This document shows positions 35,659 to 45,308 of a stretch of 54,454 nucleotides of DNA, one piece after another. The notes below the pieces were generated by a model, which ran no database searches, was not told the origin of the DNA, and was given only the letters and a program-made list of their open reading frames with translations. Position 1 is the first letter of the stretch. Every line of letters starts with the position of its first letter. Where the stretch lies: IMG/VR virus record IMGVR_UViG_3300029319_000066, positions 1 through 54,454 of that record; one strand, 5' to 3'. This DNA is from a virus (taxonomy: Duplodnaviria; Caudoviricetes). The position numbers and the translations under genes are program-made.

Positions 35659-35691
35659 AAAAAAAGCCTAGAGATCACTTGACCTTTAGGC
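35659..35691 (-). terminator. Terminator of the late (minus-strand) arm
   Basis: GCCTAAAGGTC-AAGT-GATCTCTAGGC followed by T7 on the minus strand. Confidence 0.7.
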
Positions 35692-35708
35692 ACAAAATGT
35701 AGTAGAGT
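35679..35708 (+). promoter_or_regulatory. Putative promoter of the small RNA
   Basis: TTGACC-18 bp-TAGAGT with no ORF downstream. Confidence 0.5.
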
Positions 35709-35713
35709 TACCG

Positions 35714-35792
35714 AAGAATTAGGTTGATTGGTCCACCTAATTCGTTGGTGGAGAGACCCTCGCTTTTATACCTTTAAGTGGGGGTTTCTTTT
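35714..35792 (+). ncRNA. Putative trans-acting small RNA (seed hairpin + terminator)
   Basis: Perfect 9-bp stem GAATTAGGT/ACCTAATTC with loop TGATTGGTCC, then a terminator hairpin; loop is complementary to early-gene start regions. Confidence 0.55.
35753..35792 (+). terminator. Intrinsic terminator of the plus-strand arm / sRNA
   Basis: GAGACCCTCGCTT...AAGTGGGGGTTTC then TTTT; G-U pairs valid only on the plus strand. Confidence 0.75.
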
Positions 35793-38700
35793 ATTGTAAA
35801 TTCAACTGTCTCATTTGTTCATCTACGGTAACAGTCGGGCTTGGTTCTGCTATAAATCCTTCACTGAATGCAGAAGAACTTGAGAGAGGGGCTACTGAGC
35901 CAGCATCTATAATAGCTTGTCCTGTTTTCTTGGCTGTACCTACGGTAACATCCTTAGCAACCTTTTTAGCTATTTGTCCTTTACTAAGACCTTTAAATTG
36001 AGATCCATAATTAATAAGAAATTCCTTGACGCTTTCTATAGCTCCCTTACGTATCTGTGGATTTTTATTAAGAGTAGCTAATAAAGTTCTTGGCTGAAGC
36101 ATTAGTACTCTAAGAGCTTCTGATTTTTTGGCGGTAGGTAATCCATCAACTAACTTTTTAAAAGCGGCGGAACCAATAGCTGCTGCTTGTAATTGTGATC
36201 CTTCTCCAACACCAAATTGTGCGCCGAAGTTAGCACCAAATATTCTAGCTGCGTTGGTAACTAAATCACCTTGACCTGTAACAGCGTTTGATATCTGTTT
36301 GTCGTTCATAGTACTTTTTTGAACACGTAATCCTTCGGAAATTACTGCGCCAAGTGCTTGTGTCTCTTCACTTGAAATTACACCTTGCTCTTGCATAATA
36401 TCTAAAATGCTTTTGTCTCCCTTACGCCCACTAAGAGGTCTTGTTAATTCATTTGTTAACGTAAAGAAGTCAGGATCATCGCCAACTTTTGCAGACTCAA
36501 ATAATTTGTCTATCGTAGCCATTCGTAGGTCGGCTAGAGCATTTGCATCTCCTAATGCTTCTGAAGCAAGCTTTGTGTAATCATCTACAGGATTTTTACC
36601 AGTAAGTACCTTACCAATTTCTTTTGGTAATTGTCCTGAAGTAGCAATTTCATTAAATTGATCGAATATTTTATCGGCTGTTCTTTGTGCATCTAAAAGA
36701 CCTACTAATTCAGCCCTAAAATTTGGGAATGCTTTTAGTACTTCTGCATTCTCAGTAGCAGACATAAATTGTTCTAACTTTTGTGGGTCAATCGTACCAT
36801 CAGTACCCCTTAATTTAGTAACTGATCCTCGTAGGAAATCTTCTTGGGCTTTTGTCATAGTTGGCCCAAGGTCTTGACGTATACCCTCATCACGAATTGC
36901 TACAGAAGTAGTTTCTCCACCTTCATTTAATGTAAAATCATCTGTAACCTCAGATTCTGGTGCATCTGGTCTTGGTCTGTTAGCTCCGTAGATAGTATAC
37001 TCTGGAACAGGGTCGGTAGGATCTAATAAAGTATCATCTCCAATACCTGTTACTTTAATTTCTGGAATAATATCGTCATCTGTTGGCATTATTTTTGATG
37101 GATCAACTTTTGTAGGATCATCTACATTATCTGCTTGCGTAGATGGTACTCTTGCACCGTCATCTGCTAAAGTTCTTGCATCAAGTTCTGCCTTTGCAGT
37201 GGCATTTTTTAAATCATCTAAATTTTTTATTTCTTGTAAAGTTTCACCTGCTTGGTCTGCAAATTCTGCACCTTCTCGCATTTCTGCCATATTTAATGCT
37301 CTAGATGTTTCAGAACCAGCCATTGCTTTATCTAAAGTTTCTTCTGCACGTATAGTGGTTCCACCAGTTTCACCTTTAGCAAGAACATCTTGATTGAAGT
37401 AACGGGTAAATCTAGCATTTAACTCTGCACTAAATCTACGAGCAGCTTTTATGTCCATACCACCCATATTATCGGGTATAGTATTTAACTCATCGATTGT
37501 AGCATTAGCTAATTCATCAAAAATACCTGCCTTAAAGTAATCTGGACTAGCACCTGAGCCTAAAGTTCTAGACTCTGCTAACATACGGGATCTAAATTTA
37601 CGTATTTCATCTACGCTAATAGTTTGATTAGGATCACGGGCTTTTGCGTAAATGTTTCTTATAACAGCATCTAATTGACCACCGCCTGCTAAAGTTTCGC
37701 CTTCTAATATTCTACTATTTATTAAGCTATCTATTTTAGACGCAAGTTGATCACCTTGGACTGTAAGTGAAGGATCAATCCTACTCCATAAATATGTTTC
37801 CATATTTCGGATATTGTTTTTAGCTTCAAACAAAGTCTGTTGAGCTATTTCTGAAGCCTTCATTGGACTTACATCTGGACCAAGTTCATTCACTCTAGCC
37901 GTTGCTTGGGCCTGTGCAGAATTAATACGTGTATCTAATAAATTCTGAAAATATCTTGCTCTTAAAGTATTAGCTGCGGAAGTATTACCTGCTCTGGCTA
38001 AATTCTCAGAAGCATTTAGTATTTGATTAAGAGCAATATTAAGTTCTTTTCCTACATCTCCACGAAAATCTGCGTAAGCAGAAGTCATTTCATTTTGAAT
38101 ACCCATAAGAACTGGATTTTCTGTAAGATTGCCAGAAGGTAAATTAATACCTAATTCAGCCATTTGCCCATCTGTAGCATTTAAAGCATTTTCTAAATCG
38201 CTAATAATCCTTTCAGCTTTGTGAGCATCAGCTTCTTCTATTAGTCGAGTATAAAGAGCATCATCACCAGCTTCCTGTGCAACTTTAGCCCTGTCTAACA
38301 GTAAATCTCTTTGGGTTTTAGCTGCTATAAGAATATCATTCACAGCCCCCTTTTGAGCCGCTTGTTTACTTATTGCCGACATAGCTGTTTCTAGTGATTT
38401 ACTTAATGCACTACTTACGCCAGTAGCTGTATCTCCAGCTTTAGATTTTGCAGATACTGTACCACCACCAAGAATAGAACCAACAAACTCTGCACCCATC
38501 ATGGCCCAAGGATTATCGCCTAAGCCAATTGTTTCTATAAAACCAACTGCGCCAGCAGCTGTACCAGTAGCGGCTGTTTCTATCTTTTTAAATTTACTAG
38601 GATCTTTAGCAACTTCCTTAATAAGAGGATTGCTTAATCCAATTCCCATTTTAGCAGATTTTAATAAAGCATAACCCGGTATAGCATTTTCTGTTAGTAC

Positions 38701-39333
38701 TCTGGCAATACTAAAATATGGTTTAAATTCATCTGGAATATTTTCTCTATCTAGATAAAGTTTTTCTCCTTCGTCAACAACACCTGTTTTTTCTGCAATA
38801 AGATTTGCTTTTTCTTTAAGATATTGACTACCCAATACTGGCTTAGGACTTGAAGCTATAAAATCTTTTGGATCAGTGCTTACATCACCGCCAAGTTTGT
38901 TAATACCATAACGTACTCCACCTTCTATTCCTTGTGATGCCATATTCACTAAGTCAACAGGCAATCCAAGAAGGTTCATACCAGCACTACCAATGCCTTT
39001 TGTAATTGCATCACCAGTACTATCTACGTTGGTATCTACGACTTGGCCTGATGTAATAAAATCTAACAAGGCAGTAGGACTAGTACCTTTTTGTATTTCT
39101 GGTGCTAGGTCAAAAGGTTGACCATCCATTTTCCAATTAGTACCGCCTTGTTGAACAATATCATTAAGAATGTTCTGGTCGGATTCACCAGAGCTTCTAC
39201 GTTGTTTAATATTTTGTAGGTCCAACTCCCCAGAGGTTTGTTGTTCCTCAAACGGGTCTACTACTTCTGCATCTTGCTCAAGGTCTAGACGATCTTGTTC
39301 ATCTTCAGCAAATGGATCTACAATATCAGTCAT
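35791..39333 (-). CDS. Large internal virion (ejection) protein
   Basis: 1180 aa, helical, acidic DPF N-terminus; last gene of the structural arm. Confidence 0.65.
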   Translation of the reverse strand: MTDIVDPFAEDEQDRLDLEQDAEVVDPFEEQQTSGELDLQNIKQRRSSGESDQNILNDIVQQGGTNWKMDGQPFDLAPEIQKGTSPTALLDFITSGQVVDTNVDSTGDAITKGIGSAGMNLLGLPVDLVNMASQGIEGGVRYGINKLGGDVSTDPKDFIASSPKPVLGSQYLKEKANLIAEKTGVVDEGEKLYLDRENIPDEFKPYFSIARVLTENAIPGYALLKSAKMGIGLSNPLIKEVAKDPSKFKKIETAATGTAAGAVGFIETIGLGDNPWAMMGAEFVGSILGGGTVSAKSKAGDTATGVSSALSKSLETAMSAISKQAAQKGAVNDILIAAKTQRDLLLDRAKVAQEAGDDALYTRLIEEADAHKAERIISDLENALNATDGQMAELGINLPSGNLTENPVLMGIQNEMTSAYADFRGDVGKELNIALNQILNASENLARAGNTSAANTLRARYFQNLLDTRINSAQAQATARVNELGPDVSPMKASEIAQQTLFEAKNNIRNMETYLWSRIDPSLTVQGDQLASKIDSLINSRILEGETLAGGGQLDAVIRNIYAKARDPNQTISVDEIRKFRSRMLAESRTLGSGASPDYFKAGIFDELANATIDELNTIPDNMGGMDIKAARRFSAELNARFTRYFNQDVLAKGETGGTTIRAEETLDKAMAGSETSRALNMAEMREGAEFADQAGETLQEIKNLDDLKNATAKAELDARTLADDGARVPSTQADNVDDPTKVDPSKIMPTDDDIIPEIKVTGIGDDTLLDPTDPVPEYTIYGANRPRPDAPESEVTDDFTLNEGGETTSVAIRDEGIRQDLGPTMTKAQEDFLRGSVTKLRGTDGTIDPQKLEQFMSATENAEVLKAFPNFRAELVGLLDAQRTADKIFDQFNEIATSGQLPKEIGKVLTGKNPVDDYTKLASEALGDANALADLRMATIDKLFESAKVGDDPDFFTLTNELTRPLSGRKGDKSILDIMQEQGVISSEETQALGAVISEGLRVQKSTMNDKQISNAVTGQGDLVTNAARIFGANFGAQFGVGEGSQLQAAAIGSAAFKKLVDGLPTAKKSEALRVLMLQPRTLLATLNKNPQIRKGAIESVKEFLINYGSQFKGLSKGQIAKKVAKDVTVGTAKKTGQAIIDAGSVAPLSSSSAFSEGFIAEPSPTVTVDEQMRQLNLQ

Positions 39334-41936
39334 TAATTTTGCCCACTGTATTTATTATTGTAAAATTCAGTTAATTCAGCGTCAGTTTTACCTTGGTTAG
39401 CTGGTATTGCTTTAGCTGCTTGTATAAATTCTTGAAGAGTAGGTACGTTAGTATTTTGAGTATTATTATTTGGTTTAAATATACTTCCTGTAACTTGATC
39501 CGATTTTGCACCTTCGTCAAAGCTTTGTAATACAGCTTTGTAAATGTTAGAAAGTGGTCGTAAAGCATTTAGTGCTACGTTAGCCTTACTTTGGGCTGTT
39601 GTATTTACACTACGGTCTTTTGCCGTTGCTTCCTGATTTATTATAGCTTGATCAACAAGGTTTTTGATGTCTTCTAAATTTCTACGGGCCTCTGGTTTAC
39701 TTCCAAAAAATCTGCCAGTTTCTGGAATAAGTGCGCCAATCTGAGCTTTTAGTGCTACGCTATCTCTAAGACCCGGAAAAGCTGTTACTATTTGTAAGGT
39801 AGTAACTGTTTTAAGAGCATTTAAACTACTTCTTGCCTCTGCACTGTCTTTCATTGCAGTGCCACCAAAAACACCAGTAACTGTATTTAATACTTTACCA
39901 GCCCAACCTTCAGGACCAAACGCTGCTGAAATATCTTTTAAGTCATTAATGTCGCCTTCAAAACCAATATTTCTTAACGCTTGTATTGCTTGGTCTTGTG
40001 CGGATTGTATAGATTGAGATTCTTCTTCAGTAAGTGTTTCATTTACTATTCTTTGAGAAGCATCAGCATCACTTTCTTGATTGCCAATATTTATTGGAGT
40101 GCCTGAAGCTATATCAACAATCATTGGTCTTCCAAAACCATCAGATGTTATTTTTCTAACACCATTTTTAATTTCTGCTGCTGTCTTTCTGTCTACGTTA
40201 AGATCAGCCATAATCTGGGCAATGTCATCCAACTTGATTGGACTCCAACCTTCTTGCTCCAACTGGGCTTGTTGATCGGCACTTAATACCCGTATTTCTT
40301 GCCCATCTTTATAATATGTACGGGCTGTATATTTTTCTGTAGGTGCTGGCTTTATAGCAGAAAATCCATCTGCAATAGCTACATCCATTTGATCTTGTGA
40401 AAATACTTCTATTTCACGACCATCTTCTGCATATAAAGTTCGTTTAGCAAATTTTTCTGTAGTAGCTGGTTTAATAGCAGACCAACCGTCTTGCTTGTAC
40501 TGGTCTAATTCTTCAATTGAGAATACTTTTACTTCTGCACCGTCTTTATACAGTATTCTGCTATCAAACTTGTCTGTCGGAGCAGCTTTTATAGCAGAAA
40601 ATCCATTAGCTATAGCTGTATCCATTTCTGCTTGAGAAGTAACAACTTGTTGTGCGCCATCTTTGTAAAGAGTTCTTTGAACAAATGGCGTTACCTTAGC
40701 TGGCTTAACTGGAGACCAACCGTCTGATACCAACAGAAATTCTTCATCCTCAGAGAATACCTGTATTTCTGCACCGTCTTTGTACAATGTTCTTTGAACA
40801 TATTCTTTAGTTGGAGCAGCTTTTATAGCGGAAAAACCATTAGCAATGGCTGTATCCATTTCTTCTTGGGTAGTTACGACTTGCTCTGCACCGTCTTTGT
40901 ACAATGTTCTTTGAACAAACGGCACTACCTTAGCTGGTTTTTCTTCACTCCAACCGTCTGCTTTATAAGTAGATAAATCATTTTCGCTAAAGACTTTGAC
41001 TTCTGCACCATCTTTGTAGAGTGTTCTTTCTTTAAAGTCTTTTTCTACAGCTGGTTCTATTGCAGACCAACCAATATTAGTTGCGTCATCTAATTCTTTT
41101 TGAGAAAATACTTCTAGTTTTTGTCCATCTTTATATAATGTTCTTTGTTTAAATGGCTCTGTTTCCTTGGGCTTAACTTCGCTCCAACCTTCGGATTTGT
41201 ATTGTGTTAAATCAGCATTACTGTAGACCTGAACACTAGCACCGTCTTTATAAAGAGTTCTTGTTTTAAAATCTGTATCACCTGCGCCTTTAATTAAAGA
41301 AAATCCTTGTGATATATAATTATTTTCTTCAGCTTGAGTACGGGCAGTAACTTCACTACCATCGGCCTTATATAACTTTGTAGGATTATATTTATCAGGA
41401 TCAGTAAGCGAAGCCTTTCTTCTTATAAGTAAAGCCTTTCTTTCTGCGGTTATATTGGGATTACTTAATTCAAAATTTACTTCATCAAGTGCCATAGAAA
41501 GAGGATCTTTTTGTGATTTACCAAATAAAATTTCACCCATTTGTTGATCAGTACTACCGGGTGTGTACGTAGATGTAGCATCCATTATAGTATTTAAATC
41601 ATTGTATCCTGTAATACCGCCATCAACGATAACACTAAGCACTTTTTGTTTATTTGCTTCAGTTTTATCTATTCCTTTAGTGGTAAGATAAAGATTAGCT
41701 AATCTGTCCTGTTTTTTCTGTTTTTTATCTTCAGCATCTTGCTTTGATTTTATAGCTCTTGCATTGGCCCTTGCTTCTCGTCTTTTTTCAATTTCTTCTT
41801 GTCGTTTAAATTCATCAGCTTTCTTTATTCCGTAAGTAAGCTCATCAAAAAAACCCGCAAGCGGATCTACTTTTTTTCTATAAGCACCAGCGTCTAGATT
41901 AGCTCGTACTCTGTCAGCCTCACTACGAAAGCTCAT
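39333..41936 (-). CDS. Internal virion protein with ten 39-40-aa tandem repeats
   Basis: Probable start MSFRSEAD (41936); repeat RTLYKDGxxxxVxSxxExxxxxxxG[WF]SxxKP. Confidence 0.7.
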   Translation of the reverse strand: MSFRSEADRVRANLDAGAYRKKVDPLAGFFDELTYGIKKADEFKRQEEIEKRREARANARAIKSKQDAEDKKQKKQDRLANLYLTTKGIDKTEANKQKVLSVIVDGGITGYNDLNTIMDATSTYTPGSTDQQMGEILFGKSQKDPLSMALDEVNFELSNPNITAERKALLIRRKASLTDPDKYNPTKLYKADGSEVTARTQAEENNYISQGFSLIKGAGDTDFKTRTLYKDGASVQVYSNADLTQYKSEGWSEVKPKETEPFKQRTLYKDGQKLEVFSQKELDDATNIGWSAIEPAVEKDFKERTLYKDGAEVKVFSENDLSTYKADGWSEEKPAKVVPFVQRTLYKDGAEQVVTTQEEMDTAIANGFSAIKAAPTKEYVQRTLYKDGAEIQVFSEDEEFLLVSDGWSPVKPAKVTPFVQRTLYKDGAQQVVTSQAEMDTAIANGFSAIKAAPTDKFDSRILYKDGAEVKVFSIEELDQYKQDGWSAIKPATTEKFAKRTLYAEDGREIEVFSQDQMDVAIADGFSAIKPAPTEKYTARTYYKDGQEIRVLSADQQAQLEQEGWSPIKLDDIAQIMADLNVDRKTAAEIKNGVRKITSDGFGRPMIVDIASGTPINIGNQESDADASQRIVNETLTEEESQSIQSAQDQAIQALRNIGFEGDINDLKDISAAFGPEGWAGKVLNTVTGVFGGTAMKDSAEARSSLNALKTVTTLQIVTAFPGLRDSVALKAQIGALIPETGRFFGSKPEARRNLEDIKNLVDQAIINQEATAKDRSVNTTAQSKANVALNALRPLSNIYKAVLQSFDEGAKSDQVTGSIFKPNNNTQNTNVPTLQEFIQAAKAIPANQGKTDAELTEFYNNKYSGQN
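40233..41387 (-). repeat. Intragenic tandem repeat, ~10 x 117 bp
   Basis: Visible in both protein and DNA; units 4 and 6 are nearly identical. Confidence 0.9.
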
Positions 41937-42474
41937 TTTCAAGCTCCTCTTCTTCTGTATTTCCAAGCATTGCGGATTGTTCTTCTTCAGAAGCTACTCC
42001 ACCATCTTCTGGCATAGCCATCAGACCGCCTACAGGGGCTTCTGAGGGGGCTTCTTTCATTTGCATAGGCTCTACCTCATCTTCTTGCTCTACGATGCCC
42101 AGAGAAGCTTTTAAGAGGGTAGGGGTAATAACTACTCTATCTTTATCCTCTATTCCCATCTCATACTTAATGCCTACGTCTTTAGCTATTATCTCAATGT
42201 AACGGGCAAGAGGGCCAGCTATTAGAATTGCTAGGTCTATGCCTACCTTTCCTTTACTAATGGCTTGCATAAGTATTGTAGAAACTACGGTAGTAATGTG
42301 AGCATCGATGCCTAGCATTGCGAACACTAGTTCTTTTTGTTCTGGCTCATCAATTTTGTCTATTAAGTAAGAAACAGCTTCATCGTAATCGACTATATCA
42401 GGTGGCCTATGCCAAGCGTAGTTACGAGTATCTGAAGTGTAATTGCTACCTGGAATTGGAGTACTAAGTCTCAT
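41923..42474 (-). CDS. Conserved virion-module protein
   Basis: 183 aa; PIPG...YAWHRPP N-terminus; acidic C-terminus. Confidence 0.65.
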   Translation of the reverse strand: MRLSTPIPGSNYTSDTRNYAWHRPPDIVDYDEAVSYLIDKIDEPEQKELVFAMLGIDAHITTVVSTILMQAISKGKVGIDLAILIAGPLARYIEIIAKDVGIKYEMGIEDKDRVVITPTLLKASLGIVEQEDEVEPMQMKEAPSEAPVGGLMAMPEDGGVASEEEQSAMLGNTEEEELENELS

Positions 42475-42658
42475 CTTTTAACTCCTCTTCTTTAGCTTTT
42501 TTACTGTCAGTAGGTTCTTCCAAAAGATCTTCTTCCATTTGGTCAAAAAAGTCGGGTGTATATAGTAATCCGTTCTCTTTTAGCTCAGATGTTTTCATAG
42601 CCATCTTACCTGCTAAAAAGCTTTTAATTGATCGTTTAACCGCAACATTAAAGTCCAT
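42464..42658 (-). CDS. Hypothetical protein
   Basis: 64-aa ORF overlapping both neighbours. Confidence 0.55.
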   Translation of the reverse strand: MDFNVAVKRSIKSFLAGKMAMKTSELKENGLLYTPDFFDQMEEDLLEEPTDSKKAKEEELKDET

Positions 42659-44888
42659 TTTGTATCATCCCATAATTTACTCTGAGGTAACCATCTTCAC
42701 CCGTGACTACAGCTTCTGGATGAGATTTTTGAATTACTTGCGCTAGTACTCCAAAGCTAGGATACTTATCTGCGCCTATCTTTTTGCCTTTTTCATTCCA
42801 ATCCCAAGTGTAGAAGTCTATGCCTTTAAGGGTATCGTAGTACTCAATATTTTCTTTTAGGCGTATGTCAGAAAAAGGTAATATTTTTGCCAACCAAGCA
42901 GAACCACTAGTAGACCCCAAGAAAGCACCACCCAACTGAAGTAGACCACTTAAAAATCCACCACCAGAAGACTGACCGCTTTGAGCTTGCATCTGATTAA
43001 CTAGAAGTCTTAGTTCTCTTTCTTGTTCGTTGTCTGTGGTTTTCCAAATGTAATCTAATAAGTTATCGGCGTAATCCCATAACTGGTTTTGTTGTTCTTG
43101 AGTAAGGTCTAAAGCAGCTTTTACGTCAGCCGTGTGAGCATCAACTTCGGCTCTAAAGTTTTCTGTCTCAACTGTTTGTCGCCACTTCGCATTCGCAAGA
43201 TCAATTTGATATTGCATCTCTGCCATAAACTTATCGCGGTCATTTTTTAAATCGGCGTTAAATTGAGCAGCATCATTTATTTCCCCAGCGTTAAATTTTG
43301 CTAGAGCGTTCATTTCAGAACTATTATGACGATCAATTGCTACTTGTAATTCATCATAGAATTTAGCCATATCATTAGCAGTTTCTGCGCCAAATCTCCG
43401 AGCAGCATTTTCTGCTTTTGTATTTTCAAATAAAGCTTGTACTAAGGCTTGCTTATTTACCATCTCAGCCTGTTGCTCATTGTTGAGATTGGTAAGATCC
43501 ATTTCTAAGAACGCTTTAGCATTTTGTATGGCTGCTTGTGAACGTACATCCAAGTTTGCCATTTCAATCTTAGAAAGAATGTTAGCCTTATTAATAATAG
43601 CTTCTTGCTTATTATTAAGATTTGTTGTGGTCAGTGTTTGAAAGAATGTGGCTTCTTTTTCTGCAACGCCTAAAGTAGCTTCCATAATAGCATTACTCAT
43701 AGCGGCTGTAGCTGCGCTTCCAGAAATACCACTAAAAGCTATAGACTTAGAAACTTCTCTGGCTTGTGCTTGCGCCCACGGCGGTATAATTGGATTACCG
43801 TTAGCATCTTTAAACTCAGCAGCTATTGTCTTCATTTGCCAAAGTATAGAAGTTTTAGCGTCTACAAAGTCCTTACCTTCAGCCTTTAATTTATCTGCTA
43901 ATAATTTACCTGCTGTTGTTGTAGTATCGATAATTTTAGACATATCGACACTGGCCCAATCATTAAGGGCTAATCCAAGTTCATTTTTTGTACCGTCTTC
44001 ATTTACACCAGTAGCTGCTCCCGTCATATCTATGGTGTATTCTTCTGCGTCTACTTGAGCTTCATCACTAACCGTTCCAGTAACGGCATTCATCATTTCT
44101 GCGTCAGTAATCTTAGCTTGTGCTGCTTCGTATGTAGTACCTTCTTTCGCGGTTATATCATCAACGATAGTAGCGTCATCTACGGTAGTAGCTTCAAAGC
44201 CATAATTTTCCCCAATATCATAGTTAGGATCATCCGCATCTAGAGTAGTACCTTCAGCATCATCATCCATTGTTGGAAGAAGGTCGGATACTTTTAAACC
44301 CCTATCTTCCAAGAATTTCATTGGGTCAGCTAGAATAGCTTGTGCATCAGCTTCGTTTTGAACAAGGCCAGCTTCTTCAGCCATCTTTTTAATGTTTTCG
44401 GCTGTTGTTGTAATTTGTTCTGTCGCTGTTTGGGTTTCTGTAGAGGTACTTGTTCCATCACCAGTATTATTACTTGTGCTACTGCCATTATCTCCACCAT
44501 CGTTATTATTATTAGTAGTAGTGTTGTTATTAGATGTTGAGGTACTAGAAGAAGGCATATTTAAAGTAGCACCAGCCTGAATAACATTTGCATCAGTAAT
44601 GTTTGGATTAGCTTCCATCAAAGCAGAAACGGTTGTATTATTGGCTTGTGCAATTTCAGAAAGAGTATCCCCAGATTGAATAGTATAATTATCATTGCTA
44701 GAGTCATTCATATTGCCAGAAATTGTGTTGCCAGTAGAAGTTTGACCGCCAGCAGATATGGGCTGCTGAGTTGCGTCATCAACTAATTGACCACCTACGT
44801 AGGAAGCTCCATCGTTAGGTGTAAATACGTTGGCAACGCTTTCGCTAAAACTATTGCCACCACCAAATGTATCTGACCATATGCCCAT
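42648..44888 (-). CDS. Internal virion/ejection protein with N-terminal LysM and C-terminal peptidase S74 (intramolecular chaperone) domain
   Basis: YTIQSGDTLSEIA...NPNITDANVIQAGATLNMP (LysM); Q/N/A-rich helical core; SDIRLKENI...GVLAQ...PEAV...GYLRVNYG (S74). Confidence 0.8.
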   Translation of the reverse strand: MGIWSDTFGGGNSFSESVANVFTPNDGASYVGGQLVDDATQQPISAGGQTSTGNTISGNMNDSSNDNYTIQSGDTLSEIAQANNTTVSALMEANPNITDANVIQAGATLNMPSSSTSTSNNNTTTNNNNDGGDNGSSTSNNTGDGTSTSTETQTATEQITTTAENIKKMAEEAGLVQNEADAQAILADPMKFLEDRGLKVSDLLPTMDDDAEGTTLDADDPNYDIGENYGFEATTVDDATIVDDITAKEGTTYEAAQAKITDAEMMNAVTGTVSDEAQVDAEEYTIDMTGAATGVNEDGTKNELGLALNDWASVDMSKIIDTTTTAGKLLADKLKAEGKDFVDAKTSILWQMKTIAAEFKDANGNPIIPPWAQAQAREVSKSIAFSGISGSAATAAMSNAIMEATLGVAEKEATFFQTLTTTNLNNKQEAIINKANILSKIEMANLDVRSQAAIQNAKAFLEMDLTNLNNEQQAEMVNKQALVQALFENTKAENAARRFGAETANDMAKFYDELQVAIDRHNSSEMNALAKFNAGEINDAAQFNADLKNDRDKFMAEMQYQIDLANAKWRQTVETENFRAEVDAHTADVKAALDLTQEQQNQLWDYADNLLDYIWKTTDNEQERELRLLVNQMQAQSGQSSGGGFLSGLLQLGGAFLGSTSGSAWLAKILPFSDIRLKENIEYYDTLKGIDFYTWDWNEKGKKIGADKYPSFGVLAQVIQKSHPEAVVTGEDGYLRVNYGMIQNGL

Positions 44889-45133
44889 TAAATTTTACCC
44901 TTCTCTTCTTCGCAACGCCGAATACGATCACGCAAATAAATGTATCCCTTCATGGCTTCATCGATAGCAGTATAATTGGGCGGTAAACCTTCCATTTCGT
45001 CTGCTAGTTTTTGATTGAAACTTTCATCGTATTGCTTGATTGACGGGCAATAGATTTCAAGTTTGGTCCTATAGACCGTTTGACCGCAACCTGTCAGTAA
45101 TAGACTTACGATCAGTAAGAGATTCAGTTTCAT
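44888..45133 (-). CDS. o-spanin-like lipoprotein
   Basis: Start MKLNLLLIVSLLLTG-C (lipobox); overlaps the i-spanin 3' end. Confidence 0.7.
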   Translation of the reverse strand: MKLNLLLIVSLLLTGCGQTVYRTKLEIYCPSIKQYDESFNQKLADEMEGLPPNYTAIDEAMKGYIYLRDRIRRCEEEKGKI

Positions 45134-45308
45134 GCTCTGCCATATTTTTATAAAAATCAGTTGCTTTTTGTTGTGCTTGTAAATCGTCTTGAAGAATTTT
45201 ATTTTTTTCTTTTGATGCCCCACGAATTTTACCGAAGGCATAAATAATTGGTAAGGCTAATGCTAAAGCACCTATAATATACATTTTAATTTTACTGAAG
45301 ATGAACAC
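45069..45308 (-). CDS. i-spanin-like protein
   Basis: N-terminal TM helix plus short coiled coil; directly after the endolysin. Confidence 0.65.
   Translation of the reverse strand: MFIFSKIKMYIIGALALALPIIYAFGKIRGASKEKNKILQDDLQAQQKATDFYKNMAEHETESLTDRKSITDRLRSNGL

Noticed and set aside
40233-41387. CRISPR array or DGR template/variable repeat pair
   Set aside because: Repeats are in-frame coding units without spacers; no reverse transcriptase and no adenine-specific variation seen
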